A DNA stretch of 64,000 bases from the human T2T-CHM13v2.0 reference genome, Homo sapiens. Where the stretch lies: the NCBI RefSeq assembly GCF_009914755.1, contig NC_060939.1, one strand, 5' to 3'. Made by a program: the position numbers and the translations under genes. Of the stretch, positions 1-14,300 are shown one piece after another (position 1 is the stretch's first letter; every line of letters begins with the position of its first letter). The notes under the pieces are model-generated. The model saw only the letters and a program-made list of their open reading frames with translations. It did not search any database and was not told the origin of the DNA.

Positions 1-1
1 C

Positions 2-55
<54 letters not shown>

Positions 56-98
56 ACTCTCTGTGTGTATCTTCTGTCTTACTCTCCTTCTCTGCCTG

Positions 99-132
<34 letters not shown>

Positions 133-461
133 CCTTTCTGTCTCTCTCTCTCTCTGTCCCTCTCTCTTTCTGTCTGTTCCTCTCTCTCTCTCTGTCTCTG
201 TCTTTCTCTGTCTGTCTGCCTCTCTCTTTCTTTCTCTTTCTGTGTCTCTCTGTCTCTCTCTCTGTGCCTATCTTCTGTCTTACTCTCTTTCTCTGCCTGC
301 CTGCCTGTCTGTCTGTCTGTCTCTCTCTGTCTCTCTCCCTGCCTTTCTGTTTCTCTCTCTCTCCCTCTCTCGCTCTCTCTGTCTTTCTCTCTTTCTCTCT
401 GTTTCTCTGTCTCTCTCTGTCCGTCTCTGTCTTTTTCTGTCTGTCTCTCTCTTTCTTTCTG

Positions 462-494
<33 letters not shown>

Positions 495-590
495 GCTTGT
501 CTCTCTCACTGTGTCTGTCCTCTGTCTTACTCTCCTTCTCTGCCTGTCCGTCTGTCTGTCTGTCTCTCTCTCTCTCCCTCCCTTTCTGTT

Positions 591-635
<45 letters not shown>

Positions 636-1556
636 GTTTCTCTTTCTCTCTCTGTCTGTCTCTGTCTTTCTCTGTCTGTCTCTTTCTCTGTCTGTCTGTC
701 TCCTTCTCTCTGTCTCCGTCTCTGTCTCTCTCTCTCTGTCTCTCTCTCTCTGCCTGTCTCACTGTGTCTGTCTTCTGTCTTATTCTCTTTCTCTGTCTGT
801 CTGTCTCTCTCTCTCCCTTCCTGTCTCTTTCTCTCTCTCTCTCTCTTTCTGTCTGTTTCTCTCTGCCTGTCTCCGTCTTTCTCTGTCTGCCTCTCTCTTT
901 CTTTTTCTGCGTCTCTCTGTCTCTCTCTCTCTGTGCCTATCTTCTGTCTTACTCTGTTTCTCTGCCTGCCTGTCTGTCTGTCTGTCTCTCTCTCTCTCTG
1001 TCTCTCTCTCTTTCTGTCTGTTTCTCTCTGTCTCTCTGTCCATCTCTGTCTTTCTCTGTCCGTCTCTCTCTTTCTCCCTGTCTCTGTCTCTGCCTCTGCC
1101 TCTCTCTCTCTCTGTCTCTCTCTTTCTATCTGTTTCTCTCTGTCTCTCTGTCCATCTCTGTCTTTCTCTGTCTGTCTCTCTCTTTCTCCCTGTCTCTGTC
1201 TCTGCCTCTCTCTCTCTCTGTCTGTCTCTCTCACTGTGTGTGTGTCTCTGTCTCTGCCTCTCTCTCTCTCTCTCTCTCTCTCTGTCTGTCTCTCTCACTG
1301 TGTGTGTCTGTCTTCTGTCTTACTCTCCTTCTCTGCCTGTCCGTCTGTCTGTCTGTCTCTCCCTCTCTCTCCCTCCCTTTCTGTTTCTCTCTCTCTCTCT
1401 CTCTCTTTCTGTCTGTTTCTCTCTTTCTCTCTCTGTCTGTCTCTTTCTCTGTCTGTCTGTCTCTCTCTTTCTTTTTCTCTGTCTCTCTGTCTCTCTCTGT
1501 GCCTGTCTCTCTGTCTGTGCCTATCTTCTGTCTTACTCTCTTTCTCTGGCTGACTG

Positions 1557-1595
<39 letters not shown>

Positions 1596-1696
1596 GTCTC
1601 CGTCCCTCCCTCCCTGTCTGTCTGTTTCTCTCTCTGTCCATTTCTGTCTGTCTCTTTCTCTTTCTCTCTCTTTCTTTCTCTCTGTCTCTCTCTGTC

Positions 1697-1745
<49 letters not shown>

Positions 1746-1953
1746 CTCTCTCACTGTGTCGGTCTTCTGTCTTACTCTCTTTCTCTGCCTGCCTCTCTGT
1801 CTGTCTGTCTGTCTCTCTCCCTCCATGTCTCTCTCTCTCTCTCTCTCACTCACTGTCTCTCCGTCTCTCTCTCTTTCTGTCTGTTTCTCTCTGTCTCTGT
1901 CTTTCTGTGTGTCTGTCTGTCTCTCTCTCTATTTGTCTTTCTCCCTCCCTGTC

Positions 1954-1998
<45 letters not shown>

Positions 1999-2322
1999 GT
2001 CTGTTTCTCTCTATCTCTCGCTGTCCATCTCTGTCTTTCTATGTCTGTCTCTTTCTCTGTCAGTCTGTCAGACACCCCCGTGCCGGGTAGGGCCCTGCCC
2101 CTTCCACGAAAGTGAGAAGCGCGTGCTTCGGTGCTTAGAGAGGCCGAGAGGAATCTAGACAGGCGGGCCTTGCTGGGCTTCCCCACTCGGTGTATGATTT
2201 CGGGAGGTCGAGGCCGGGTCCCCGCTTGGATGCGAGGGGCATTTTCAGACTTTTCTCTCGGTCACGTGTGGCGTCCGTACTTCTCCTATTTCCCCGATAA
2301 GCTCCTCGACTTCAACATAAAC
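1..2322. repeat. Long repeat LR1, distal part (mostly TC/TCTG block, 1-2066)
   Basis: Matches 44930-47251; ends with ...CTCGACTTCAACATAAAC. Confidence 0.9.
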
Positions 2323-2393
2323 GGCGTCCTAAGGGTCGATTTAGTGTCATGCCTCTTTCACCGCCACCACCGAAGATGAAAGCAAAGATCGGC

Positions 2394-2662
2394 TAAATAC
2401 CGCGTGTTCTCATCTAGAAGTGGGAACTTACAGATGACAGTTCTTGCATGGGCAGAACGAGGGGGACCGGGGACGCGGAAGCCTGCTTGAGGGAGGAGGG
2501 GTGGAAGGAGAGACAGCTTCAGGAAGAAAACAAAACACGAATACTGTCGGACACAGCACTGACTACCCGGGTGATGAAATCATCTGCACACTGAACACCC
2601 CCGTCACAAGTTTACCTATGTCACAGTCTTGCTCATGTATGCTTGAACGACAAATAAAAGTT
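2394..2662 (+). mobile_element. Old primate L1 (L1PB / old L1PA-like) 3'UTR fragment followed by a (GA)n tail
   Basis: AAATACCGCGTGTTCTCA...AAGTGGGA...CCGGGTGATGAAATCATCTG...TTTACCTATGT...AAATAAAAGTT resembles the L1 3' end; other copies at 42915-43183 and 47323-47591. Confidence 0.75.
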
Positions 2663-2721
2663 CGGGGGGGAGAAGAGAGGAGAGAGAGAGAGAGACGGGG
2701 AGAGAGGGGGGAGAGGGGGGG

Positions 2722-2776
<55 letters not shown>

Positions 2777-2865
2777 GTAAAACCAACCACCACCTCCTTG
2801 ACCTGAGTCAGGGGGTTTCTGGCCTTTTGGGAGAACGTTCAGCGACAATGCAGTATTTGGGCCCG

Positions 2866-3170
2866 TTCTTTTTTTCTTCTTCTTCTTTTCTTTCTTTTTT
2901 TTTGGACTGAGTCTCTCTCGCTCTGTCACCCAGGCTGCGGTGCGGTGGCGCTCTCTCGGCTCACTGAAACCTCTGCTTCCCGGGTTCCAGTGATTCTTCT
3001 TCGGTAGCTGGGATTACAGGTGCGCACCATGACGGCCGGCTCATCGTTCTATTTTTAGTAGAGACGGGGTTTCTCCACGTTGGCCACGCTGGTCTCGAAC
3101 TCCTGACCACAAATGATCCACCTTCCTGGGCCTCCCAAAGTGCTGGAAACGACAGGCCTGAGCCGCCGGG
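2866..3170 (-). mobile_element. Alu (diverged) in the long repeat
   Basis: T-rich tail followed by antisense Alu body; other copies at ~43347-43650 and 47795-48099. Confidence 0.85.
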
Positions 3171-3438
3171 ATTTCAGCCTTTAAAAGCGCGGGCCCTGCC
3201 ACCTTTCGCTGCGGCCCTTACGCTCAGAATGACGTGTCCTCTCTGCCATAGGTTGACTCCTTGAGTCCCCTAGGCCATTGCACTGTAGCCTGGGCAGCAA
3301 GAGCCAAACTCCGTCCCCCCACCTCCCCGCGCACATAATAACTAACTAACTAACTAACTAACTAAAATCTCTACACGTCACCCATAAGTGTGTGTTCCCG
3401 TGAGGAGTGATTTCTAAGAAATGGTACTGTACACTGAA

Positions 3439-3814
<376 letters not shown>

Positions 3815-4346
3815 CTACTGGGCTAGGGCCTTCTCTCTGTCTGTTTCTCTCTGTTCGTCTCTGTCTTTCTCTCTGTGTCTCTTTCTCTGTCTGTCTGTCT
3901 GTCTGTCTGTCTCTTTCTTTCTTTCTGTCTCTGTCTTTGTCCCTCTCTCTCCCTCTCTGCCTGTCTCACTGTGTCTGTCTTCTATCTTACTCTCTTTCTC
4001 TCCCCGTCTGTCTCTCTCTCACTCCCTCCCTGTCTGTTTCTCTCTCTCTCTCTTTCTGTCTGTTTCTGTCTCTCTCTGTCTGCCTCTCTCTTTCTCTATC
4101 TGTCTCTTTCTCTGTCTGTCTGCCCCTCTCTTTCTTTTTCTGTGTCTCTCTGTCTGTCTCTCTCTCTCTCTGTGCCTATCTTCTGTCTTACTCTCTTTCT
4201 CTGCCTGTCTGTCTGTCTCTCTCTGTCTCTCCCTCCCTTTCTGCTTCTCTCTCTCTCTCTCTCTCTCCCCCCTCCCTGTCTGTTTCTCTCTGTCTCCCTC
4301 TCTTTCTGTCTGTTTCTCACTGTCTCTCTCTGTCTGTCTGTTTCAT

Positions 4347-4381
<35 letters not shown>

Positions 4382-4481
4382 GTCTCTCCCTCTCTGTGTG
4401 TATCTTTTGTCTTACTCTCCTTCTCTGCCTGTCCGTCTGTCTGTCTGTCTCTCTCTCTCCCTGTCCCTCTCTCTTTCTGTC

Positions 4482-4522
<41 letters not shown>

Positions 4523-4799
4523 GTCTTTCTCTGTCTGTCCCTTTCTCTGTCTGTCTGCCTCTCTCTTTCTCTTTCTGTGTCTCTCTGTCTCTCTCTCTGT
4601 GCCTATCTTCTGTCTTACTCTCTTTCTCTGCCTGTCTATCTGTCTGTCTCTCTCTGTCTCTCTCCCTGCCTTTCTGTTTCTCTCTCTCTCCCTCTCTCGC
4701 TCTCTCTGTCTTTCTCTCTTTCTCTCTGTTTCTCTGTCTCTCTCTGTCCGTCTCTGTCTTTTTCTGTCTGTCTGTCTCTCTCTTTCTTTCTGTCGTCTG

Positions 4800-4835
<36 letters not shown>

Positions 4836-5026
4836 TCCTTGTCTCTCTCACTGTGTCTGTCTTCTGTCTTACTCTCCTTCTCTGCCTGTCCATCTGTCTG
4901 TCTGTCTCTCTCTCTCTCTCCCTACCTTTCTGTTTCTCTCTCGCTAGCTCTCTCTCTCTCTGCCTGTTTCTCTCTTTCTCTCTCTGTCTTTCTCTGTCTG
5001 TCTCTTTCTCTGTCTGTCTGTCTCTT

Positions 5027-5071
<45 letters not shown>

Positions 5072-5314
5072 GCCTCTCTCACTGTGTCTGTCTTCTGTCT
5101 TATTCTCTTTCTCTCTCTGTCTCTCTCTCTCTCTCCTTTCCTGTCTGTTTTTCTCTCTCTCTCTCTCTTTCTGCCTGTTTCTCTCTGTCTGTCTCTGTCT
5201 TTCTCTGTCTGTCTGCCTCTCTCTTTCTTTTTCTGCGTCTCTCTGTCTCTCTCTCTCTCTCTCTGTTCCTATCTTCTGTCTTACTCTGTTTCCTTGCCTG
5301 CCTGCCTGTCTGTG

Positions 5315-5354
<40 letters not shown>

Positions 5355-5464
5355 CCTTTCTCTTTCTCTGTCTCTCTCTCTCTTTCTGGGTGTTTCTCTC
5401 TGTCTCTCTGTCCATCTCTGTCTTTCTATGTCTGTCTCTCTCTTTCTCTCTGTCTCTGTCTCTG

Positions 5465-5499
<35 letters not shown>

Positions 5500-6418
5500 G
5501 TCTCTCTCACTGTGTGTGTCTGTCTTCTGTCTTACTCTCCTTCTCTGCCTGTCCGTCTGTCTGTCTGTCTCTCCCTCTCTCTCCCTCCCTTTCTGTTTCT
5601 CTCTCTCTCTCTTTCTGTCTGTTTCTCTCTTTCTCTCTCTGTCTGTCTCTTTCTCTGTCTGTCTGTCTCTCTCTTTCTTTTTCTCTGTCTCTCTGTCTCT
5701 CTCTGTGTCTGTCTCTCTGTCTGTGCCTATCTTCTGTCTTACTCTCTTTCTCTGGCTGTCTGCCTGTCTCTCTCTCTCTCTCTGTCTGTCTCCGTCCCTC
5801 TCTCCCTGTCTGTCTGTTTCTCTCTCTGCCTCTCTCTCTCTCTGTCTGTCTCTTTCTCTGTCTGTCTGTCTCTCTCTTTCTTTTTCTCTGTCTCTCTGTC
5901 TCTCTCTGTGTCTGTCTCTCTTTCTGTGCCTATCTTCTGTCTTACTCTCTTTCTCTGGCTGTCTGCCTGTCTCTCTCTCTCTGCCTGTCTCCGTCCCTCC
6001 CTCCCTGTCTGTCTGTTTCTCTCTCTGTCTCTGTCTCTCTGTCCATCTCTGTCTGTCTCTTTCTCTTTCTCTCTCTCTGTCTCTGTCTCTCTCTCTCTCT
6101 GCCTGTCTCTCTCACTGTGTCTGTCTTCTGTCTTACTCTCTTTCTCTGCCTGCCTCTCTGTCTGTCTGTCTCTCTCCCTCCATGTCTCTCTCTCTCTCTC
6201 ACTCACTCTCTCTCCGTCTCTCTCTCTTTCTGTCTGTTTCTCTCTCTGTCTGTCTCTCTCCCTCCATGTCTCTCTCTCTCTCTCTCTCACTCACTCTCTC
6301 TCCGTCTCTCTCTCTCTTTCTGTCTGTTTCTCTCTCTGTCTGTCTCTCTCCCTCCATGTCTCTCTCTCTCCCTCTCACTCACTCTCTCTCCGTCTCTCTC
6401 TCTCTTTCTGTCTGTTTC

Positions 6419-6479
<61 letters not shown>

Positions 6480-6512
6480 GTCTTTCTCCCTCCCTGTCTG
6501 TCTGTCTGTCTC

Positions 6513-6545
<33 letters not shown>

Positions 6546-6894
6546 TTCTCTTTCTGTCTGTTTCTCTCTATCTCTCGCTGTCCATCTCTGTCTTTCTATG
6601 TCTGTCTCTTTCTCTGTCAGTCTGTCAGACACCCCCGTGCCGGGTAGGGCCCTGCCCCTTCCACGAGAGTGAGAAGCGCGTGCTTCGGTGCTTAGAGAGG
6701 CCGAGAGGAATCTAGACAGGCGGGCCTTGCTGGGCTTCCCCACTCGGTGTACGATTTCGGGAGGTCGAGGCCGGGTCCCCGCTTGGATGCGAGGGGCATT
6801 TTCAGACTTTTCTCTCGGTCACGTGTGGCGTCCGTACTTCTCCTATTTCCCCGATAAGCTCCTCGACTTCAACATAAACTGTGAAGGCCGGACG

Positions 6895-7100
6895 CAACAC
6901 GGCGAAACCCCGTCTCTACTAAAAATACAAAGCTGAGTCGGGAGCGGTGGGGCAGGCCCCTGTAATGCCAGCTCCTCGGGAGGCTGAGGCGGGAGAATCG
7001 CTTGAACCAGGGAAGCGGAGGCTGCAGGGAGCCGAGATCGCGCCACTGCACTACGGCCCAGGCTGTAGAGTGAGTGAGACTCGGTCTCTAAATAAATACG
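6895..7100 (+). mobile_element. 5'-truncated Alu
   Basis: AAACCCCGTCTCTACTAAAAATACAAA ... GCCGAGATCGCGCCACTGCAC; second copy at 51824-52029. Confidence 0.88.
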
Positions 7101-7168
7101 GAAATTAATTAATTCATTAATTCTTTTCCCTGCTGACGGACATTTGCAGGCAGGCATCGGTTGTCTTC

Positions 7169-7187
7169 GGGCATCACCTAGCGGCCA
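7169..7187 (-). promoter_or_regulatory. CTCF-like motif (IGS ~28 kb region)
   Basis: Minus strand TGGCCGCTAGGTGATGCCC; second copy at 52098-52116. Confidence 0.6.
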
Positions 7188-8282
7188 CTGTTATTGAAAG
7201 TCGACGTGACACGGAGGGAGGTCTCGCCGACTTCACCGAGCCTGGGGCAACGGGTTTCTCTCTCTCCCTTCTGGAGGCCCCTCCCTCTCTCCCTCGTTGC
7301 CTAGGGAACCTCGCCTAGGGAACCTCCGCCCTGGCGGGGGCCCTATTGTTCTTTGATCGGCGCTTTACTTTTCTTTGTGTTTTGGCGCCTAGACTCTTCT
7401 ACTTGGGCTTTGGGAAGGGTCAGTTTAATTTTCAAGTTGCCCCCCGGCTCCCCCCACTACCCACGTCCCTTCACCTTAATTTAGTGAGTCGGTTAGGTGG
7501 GTTTCCCCCAAACCGCCCCCCCCCCCCCCGCCTCCCAACACCCTGCTTGGAAACCTTCCAGAGCCACCCCGGTGTGCCTCCGTCTTCTCTCCCCTTCCCC
7601 CACCCCTTGCCGGCGATCTCATTCTTGCCAGGCTGACATTTGCATCGGTGGGCGTCAGGCCTCACTCGGGGGCCACCGTTTTTGAAGATGGGGGCGGCAC
7701 GGTCCCACTTCCCCGGAGGCAGCTTGGGCCGATGGCATAGCCCCTTGACCCGCGTGGGCAAGCGGGCGGGTCTGCAGTTGTGAGGCTTTTCCCCCCGCTG
7801 CTTCCCGCCTCAGGCCTCCCTCCCTAGGAAAGCTTCACCCTGGCTGGGTCTCGGTCACCTTTTATCACGATGTTTTAGTTTCTCCGCCCTCCGGCCAGCA
7901 GAGTTTCACAATGCGAAGGGCGCCACGGCTCTAGTCTGGGCCTTCTCAGTACTTGCCCAAAATAGAAACGCTTTCTGAAAACTAATAACTTTGCTCACTT
8001 AAGATTTCCAGGGACGGCGCCTTGGCCCGTGTTTGTTGGCTTGTTTTGTTTCGTTCTGTTTTGTTTTGTTCGTGTTTTTCCTTTCTCGTATGTCTTTCTT
8101 TTCAGGTGAAGTAGAAATCCCCAGTTTTCAGGAAGACGTCTATTTTCCCCAAGACACGTTAGCTGCCGTTTTTTCCTGTTGTGAACTAGCGCTTTTGTGA
8201 CTCTCTCAACGTGCAGTGAGAGCCGGTTGATGTTTACTATCCTTCATCATGACATCTTATTTTCTAGAAATCCGTAGGCGAA

Positions 8283-8370
8283 TGCTGCTGCTGCTCTTGT
8301 TGCTGTTGTTGTTGTTGTTGTTGTCGTCGTTGCTGTTGTCGTTGTCGTTGTTGTTGTCGTTGTCGTTGTT
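8283..8370. repeat. (GCT/GTT/GTC)n trinucleotide tract
   Basis: Read directly; second copy at 53212-53299. Confidence 0.85.
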
Positions 8371-8454
8371 TTCAAAGTATACCCCGGCCACCGTTTATGG
8401 GATCAAAAGCATTATAAAATATGTGTGATTATTTCTTGAGCACGCCCTTCCTCC

Positions 8455-9043
8455 CCCTCTCTCTGTCTCTCTGTCTGTCTCTGTCTCTCTCTTTCTCTGT
8501 CTGTCTTCTCTCTCTCTCTCTCTCTGTGTCTCTCTCTCTCTGCCTGTCTGTTTCTCTCTCTCTGCCTCTCTCTCTCTCTCTCTCTCTGCCTGTCTCTCTC
8601 ACTGTGTCTGTCTTCTGTCTTACTCCCTTTCTCTGTCTGTCTGTCGGTCTCTCTCTCTCTCTCTCCCTGTCTGTATGTTTCTCTCTGTCTCTGTCTCTCT
8701 CTCTCTTTCTGTTTCTCTCTCTCCGTCTCTGTCTTTCTCTGACTGTCTCTCTCTTTCCTTCTCTCTGTCTCTCTCTGCCTGTCTCTCTCACTCTGTCTTC
8801 TGTCTTACTCTCTCTCTCTGCCTGCCTGTCTCTCTCACTCTCTCTCTCTGTGTGTCTCTCTCTCTCTTTCTGTTTCTCTCTGTCTCTCTGTCCGTCTCTG
8901 TCTTTCTCTGTCTGTCTCTTTGTCTGTCTGTCTTTGTCTTTCCTTCTCTCTGTCTCTGTCTCTCTCACTGTGTCTGTCTTCTGTCTTAGTCTCTCTCTCT
9001 CTCTCTCCCTGTCTGTCTGTCTCTCTCTCTCTCTCCCCCTGTC

Positions 9044-9088
<45 letters not shown>

Positions 9089-9361
9089 TTGTCTTTCTTT
9101 CTGTCTCTGTCTCTCTCTCTCTCTCTGTGTGTCTGTCTTCTGTCTTACTGTCTTTCTCTGCCTGTCTGTCTGTCTGTCTCTCTCTGTCTGTCTCTCTCTC
9201 TCTCTCCCCCCTGTCGGCTGTTTCTCTGTCTCTGTCTGTGTCTCTCTTTCTGTCTGTTTCTCTCTGTCTGTCTTTCTCTCTCTGTCTCTTTCTCTCTGTC
9301 TCTCTGTCTGTCTCTGTCTCTCTCTCTGTCTCTCTCTCTCTGTGGGGGGGTGTGTGTGTGT

Positions 9362-9398
<37 letters not shown>

Positions 9399-9649
9399 TG
9401 CCTTCTGTCTTACTCTCTTTCTCTGCCTGTCTGTCTGCCTGTCTGTTTGTCTCTCTCTCTCTGCCTGTCTCTCTCCCTTCCTGTCTGTTTCTCTCTCTTT
9501 CTGTTTCTCTCTGTCTCTGTCCATCTCTGTCTTTCTCCGTCTGTCTCTTTATCTGTCTCTCTCCGTCTGTCTCTTTATCTGTCTCTCTCTCTCTTTCTGT
9601 CTTTCTCTCTCTGTGTATCGTTGTCTCTCTCTGTCTGTCTCTGTCTCTG

Positions 9650-9682
<33 letters not shown>

Positions 9683-9745
9683 GTCTGTCTGTCCGTCTGT
9701 CTGTCTCGGTCTCTGGCTCTCGCTATCTCCCGCCCTCTCTTTTTT
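8455..9745. repeat. Third TC/TCTG low-complexity block with embedded (GT)n at ~9349-9396
   Basis: Polypyrimidine tract sharing the TCTTCTGTCTTACTC anchor; second copy at 53384-54674. Confidence 0.92.
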
Positions 9746-11025
9746 TGCAAAAGAAGCTCAAGTACATCTAATCTAATCCCTTACCAAGGCCTGAATTCTT
9801 CACTTCTGACATCCCAGATTTGATCTCCCTACAGAATGCTGTACAGAACTGGCGAGTTGATTTCTGGACTTGGATACCTCATAGAAACTACATATGAATA
9901 AAGATCCAATCCTAAAATCTGGGGTGGCTTCTCCCTCGACTGTCTCGAAAAATCGTACCTCTGTTCCCCTAGGATGCCGGAAGAGTTTTCTCAATGTGCA
10001 TCTGCCCGTGTCCTAAGTGATCTGTGACCGAGCCCTGTCCGTCCTGTCTCAAATATGTACGTGCAAACACTTCTCTCCATTTCCACAACTACCCACGGCC
10101 CCTTGTGGAACCACTGGCTCTTTGAAAAAAATCCCAGAAGTGGTTTTGGCTTTTTGGCTAGGAGGCCTAAGCCTGCTGAGAACTTTCCTGCCCAGGATCC
10201 TGTGTGACCAAAAGTGCCTCTGCTGGGAGCTGGGATCCTCGGGACCATGCTTGCTAGCGCTGGATGAGTCTCTGGAAGGACGCACGGGACTCCGCAAAGC
10301 TGACCTGTCCCACCGAGGTCAAATGGATACCTCTGCATTGGCCCGAGGCCTCCGAAGTACATCACCGTCACCAACCGTCACCGTCAGCATCCTTGTGAGC
10401 CTGCCCAAGGCCCCGCCTCCGGGGAGACTCTTGGGAGCCCGGCCTTCGTCGGCTAAAGTCCAAAGGGATGGTGACTTCCACCCACAAGGTCCCCACTGAA
10501 CGGCGAAGATGTGGAGCGTAGGTCAGAGAGGGGACCAGGAGGGGAGACGTCCCGACAGGCGACGAGTTCCCAAGGCTCTGGCCACCCCACCCACGCCCCA
10601 CGCCCCACGTCCCGGGCACCCGCGGGACACCGCCGCTTTATCCCCTCCTCTGTCCACAGCCGGCCCCACCCCACCACGCAACCCACGCACACACGCTGGA
10701 GGTTCCAAAACCACACGGTGTGACTAGAGCCTGACGGAGCGAGAGCCCATTTCACGAGGTGGGAGGGGTGGGGGTGGGGTGGGTTGGGGGTTGTGGGGTC
10801 TGTGGCGAGCCCGATTCTCCCTCTTGGGTGGCTACAGGCTAGAAATGAATATCGCTTCTTGGGCGGAGGGGCTTCCTTAGGCCATCACCGCTTGCGGGAC
10901 TACCTCTCAAACCCTCCCTTGAGGCCACAAAATAGATTCCACCCCACCCATCGACGTTTCCCCCGGGTGCTGGATGTATCCTGTCAAGAGACCTGAGCCT
11001 GACACCGTCGAATTAAACACCTTGA

Positions 11026-11232
<207 letters not shown>

Positions 11233-11305
11233 CTCTTTCATTGGTTTTCACTGGAGATTCTAGATTCGAGCCACACCTCATTCCGTGCCACAGAGAGACT
11301 TCTTT

Positions 11306-14300
11306 TTTTTTTTTTTTTTAAGCGCAACGCAACATGTCTGCCTTATTTGAGTGGCTTCCTATATCATTATAATTGTGTTATAGATGAAGAAACGGTATTA
11401 AACACTGTGCTAATGATAGTGAAAGTGAAGACAAAAGAAAGGCTATCTATTTTGTGGTTAGAATAAAGTTGCTCAGTATTTAGAGCTACCTAAATACGTC
11501 AGCATTTACACTCTTCCTAGTAAAAGCTGGCCAATCTGAATAATCCTCCTTTAAACAAACACAATTTTTGATAGGGTTAAGATTTTTTTAAGAATGCGAC
11601 TCCTGCAAAATAGCTGAACAGACGATACACATTTAAAAAAATAACAACACAAGGATCAACCAGACTTGGGAAAAAATCGAAAACCACACAAGTCTTATGA
11701 AGAACTGAGTTCTTAAAATAGGACGGAGAACGTAGCTATCGGAAGAGAAGGCAGTATTGGCAAGTTGATTGTTACGTTGGTCAGCAGTAGCTGGCACTAT
11801 CTTTTTGGCCATCTTTCGGGCAATGTAACTACTACAGCAAAATGAGATATGATCCATGAAACAACATATTCGCAAATCAAAAAGTGTTTCAGTAATATAA
11901 TGCTTCAGATTTAGAAGCAAATCAAATGATAGAACTCCACTGCTGTAATAAGTCACCCCAAAGATCACCGTATCTGACAAAATAACTACCACAGGGTTAT
12001 GACTTCAGAATCATACTTTCTCTTGATATTTACTTATGTATGTATTTATTTTTTTTAATTTATTTCTCTTGAGACGGCGTCTCGCTCTGTCGCCCAGGCT
12101 GGAGTGCGATGGTGTGATCTCGGCTCACTGCAACCGCCACCTCCCTGGGTTCAAGCGATTCTCCTGCCTCAGCCTCCCGAGTAGCTGGGACTACAGGTGC
12201 CCGCCACCACGCCCAGCTAATCTTTATACTTTTAATAGAGACGGGGTTTCACCGTGTCGGCCCGGATGGTCTCGATCTCTTGACCTCGTGACCCGCCCGC
12301 CTCGGCCTCCCAAAGTGCTGGGATGACAGGCGTGAGCCACTGAGCCCGGCCTTCTCTTGACGTTTAAACTATGAAGTCAGTCCAGAGAAACGCAATAAAT
12401 GTCAACGGTGAGGATGGTGTTGAGGCAGAAGTAGGACCACACTTTTTCCTATCTTATTCAGTTGATAACAATATGACCTAGGTAGTAATTTCCTATGTGC
12501 CTACTTATACACGAGTACAAAAGAGTAAAACAGAGAGACTGCTAAATTAAAGGGTACGTGAAGTTCTTCATAGTAACTCCGTAAACTGGAACACTGTCAA
12601 AAAGCAGCAGCTAGTGAATTGTTTCCATGTATTTTTCTATTATCCAATAAGTGAACTATGCTATTCCTTTCCAGTCTCCCAAGCACTTCTTGTCCCCATC
12701 ACCACTTCGGTGCTCGAAGAAAAAGTAACAAATCAAGGAACACAACTAAAGAAACACACACACAAACCAAAGACAACTACAGCGTCTGCAAAAGTTTGCT
12801 AGAAGACTGAAACTGTTGAGTATAAGGATCTGGTATTCTACGATGATCATGAGTTCACTTCAGAGTTTGTTCAAGACATACGTTTCGTAAGGAAACATCT
12901 TAGTTAGAAGTTATTCAGCAGTAGGTACCATCCCTAAGTATTTTTCACCAAATTCGTGACAATAAAGAGCTATCTAACCAGAAAAATTAGCGAGTACCGG
13001 CACCATCCATAGGGCTTTGTCTTTACGCTTCATTAGCACTTACCATGCCTTACAATGTCTAGGATTGACCCTGATAGCATTTCGAAAACAAGCTAATGCT
13101 TTGTCCAGTTCTTCAGTGAAGACAAGCTCACGCCCTAATGCGCTATAGGCATAAGCATCATTTGGATCCACTTCGAGAGTTCTCTGGAAGAATTGAATCG
13201 CAATATCGTGTTCCCGTTGCAGACCGAAACAGTTCCCTGCAGCACACCAGGCCTCTGGCTGGCGAATTTTTATCCATGTCTGTGAAGTCTTTGGACAGAA
13301 CTGAAAGAGCAACCTCTTTCGGAGGATGCCAAAGTGTTGTAGAGTAGATCTCCATGCCTTCGACTCTGTAATTCTCAATCCTCCTAACCTCTGAGAATTG
13401 TCTTTCAGCTTGCGTGGACTCTGAAAGTTTACAATAGGCCCTTCCGATTTGGCACAGTACCCAACCGGTATTGCAGTGGTGAGAAGCTAGATGGCTCAAG
13501 ATGCTGATAGCTTCTTTGCCGTGGTAAGAACACAAAGCTAAATAACCTTTCCCCCTTTCACGAAGAAGGCTCATCAAGCCTTCCGCTGCTGCTTTTTGTA
13601 GATTAAAAGCCTGAATCTGAGGCGCGATTGCGGCTATTTTCCCTTCTGAAATGACGGAAGAGTCCAATTTTGTCACTTCCAGGCTATCACTTATGTTCGG
13701 TGGAGTTATTGCTCCTTTATTAGTTTTACTTTTGGTTCTTCTGTTTGGGATTTTAGGTGGAAACTTCATTTTTAATTTTCTCCTATTCTCCTCGGTTGTG
13801 GAGCTGTCACTAGTCAAGAGTCGTGAATTTCTTCGAGGCGGTGCATTTGGGGGAGATGCCATAGTGGGGCTCAATACCTGAGGTGTTGCCCTTGTCGGCG
13901 GACCAGAACTTTGTGTTTTTGCAAGGACTGGAGTTACCTTTCGGCTCTTTCCCCTCTGCGAGAAGACAGACGGTGTTCCGGTTTGGCCGATTCTGGCAAC
14001 AGGCTTTTTTGAAGGGGCTCCGGTGGATGGCACGTCAATGACAGACGGTGTCTCATACCAGTGCAGTTTTGTCAATAGGGTCCGTCTCCGGGACTTGGGG
14101 TTTCTAATGGCAAAATGCCAACACTTGGGGTTAATGGACTAACAGCTGCTGGTCCTCCTAATAAACTTCGACCAGTTTTTGGTTTATGTTGAACCTGTTT
14201 AGATCATATGGAAGTTCCTGTTCCCAGTGGGACAGTATCAGGTGAAAGGACAGCTGAATCGATAGAAGACACTGGGGAGTCTGTATTCAAGGAGTACTTT

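Noticed and set aside
13158-14075. 305 aa CDC27-like ORF as a functional gene
   Set aside because: Internal pseudogene fragment with a non-ATG start, upstream stops and frameshifts at both ends
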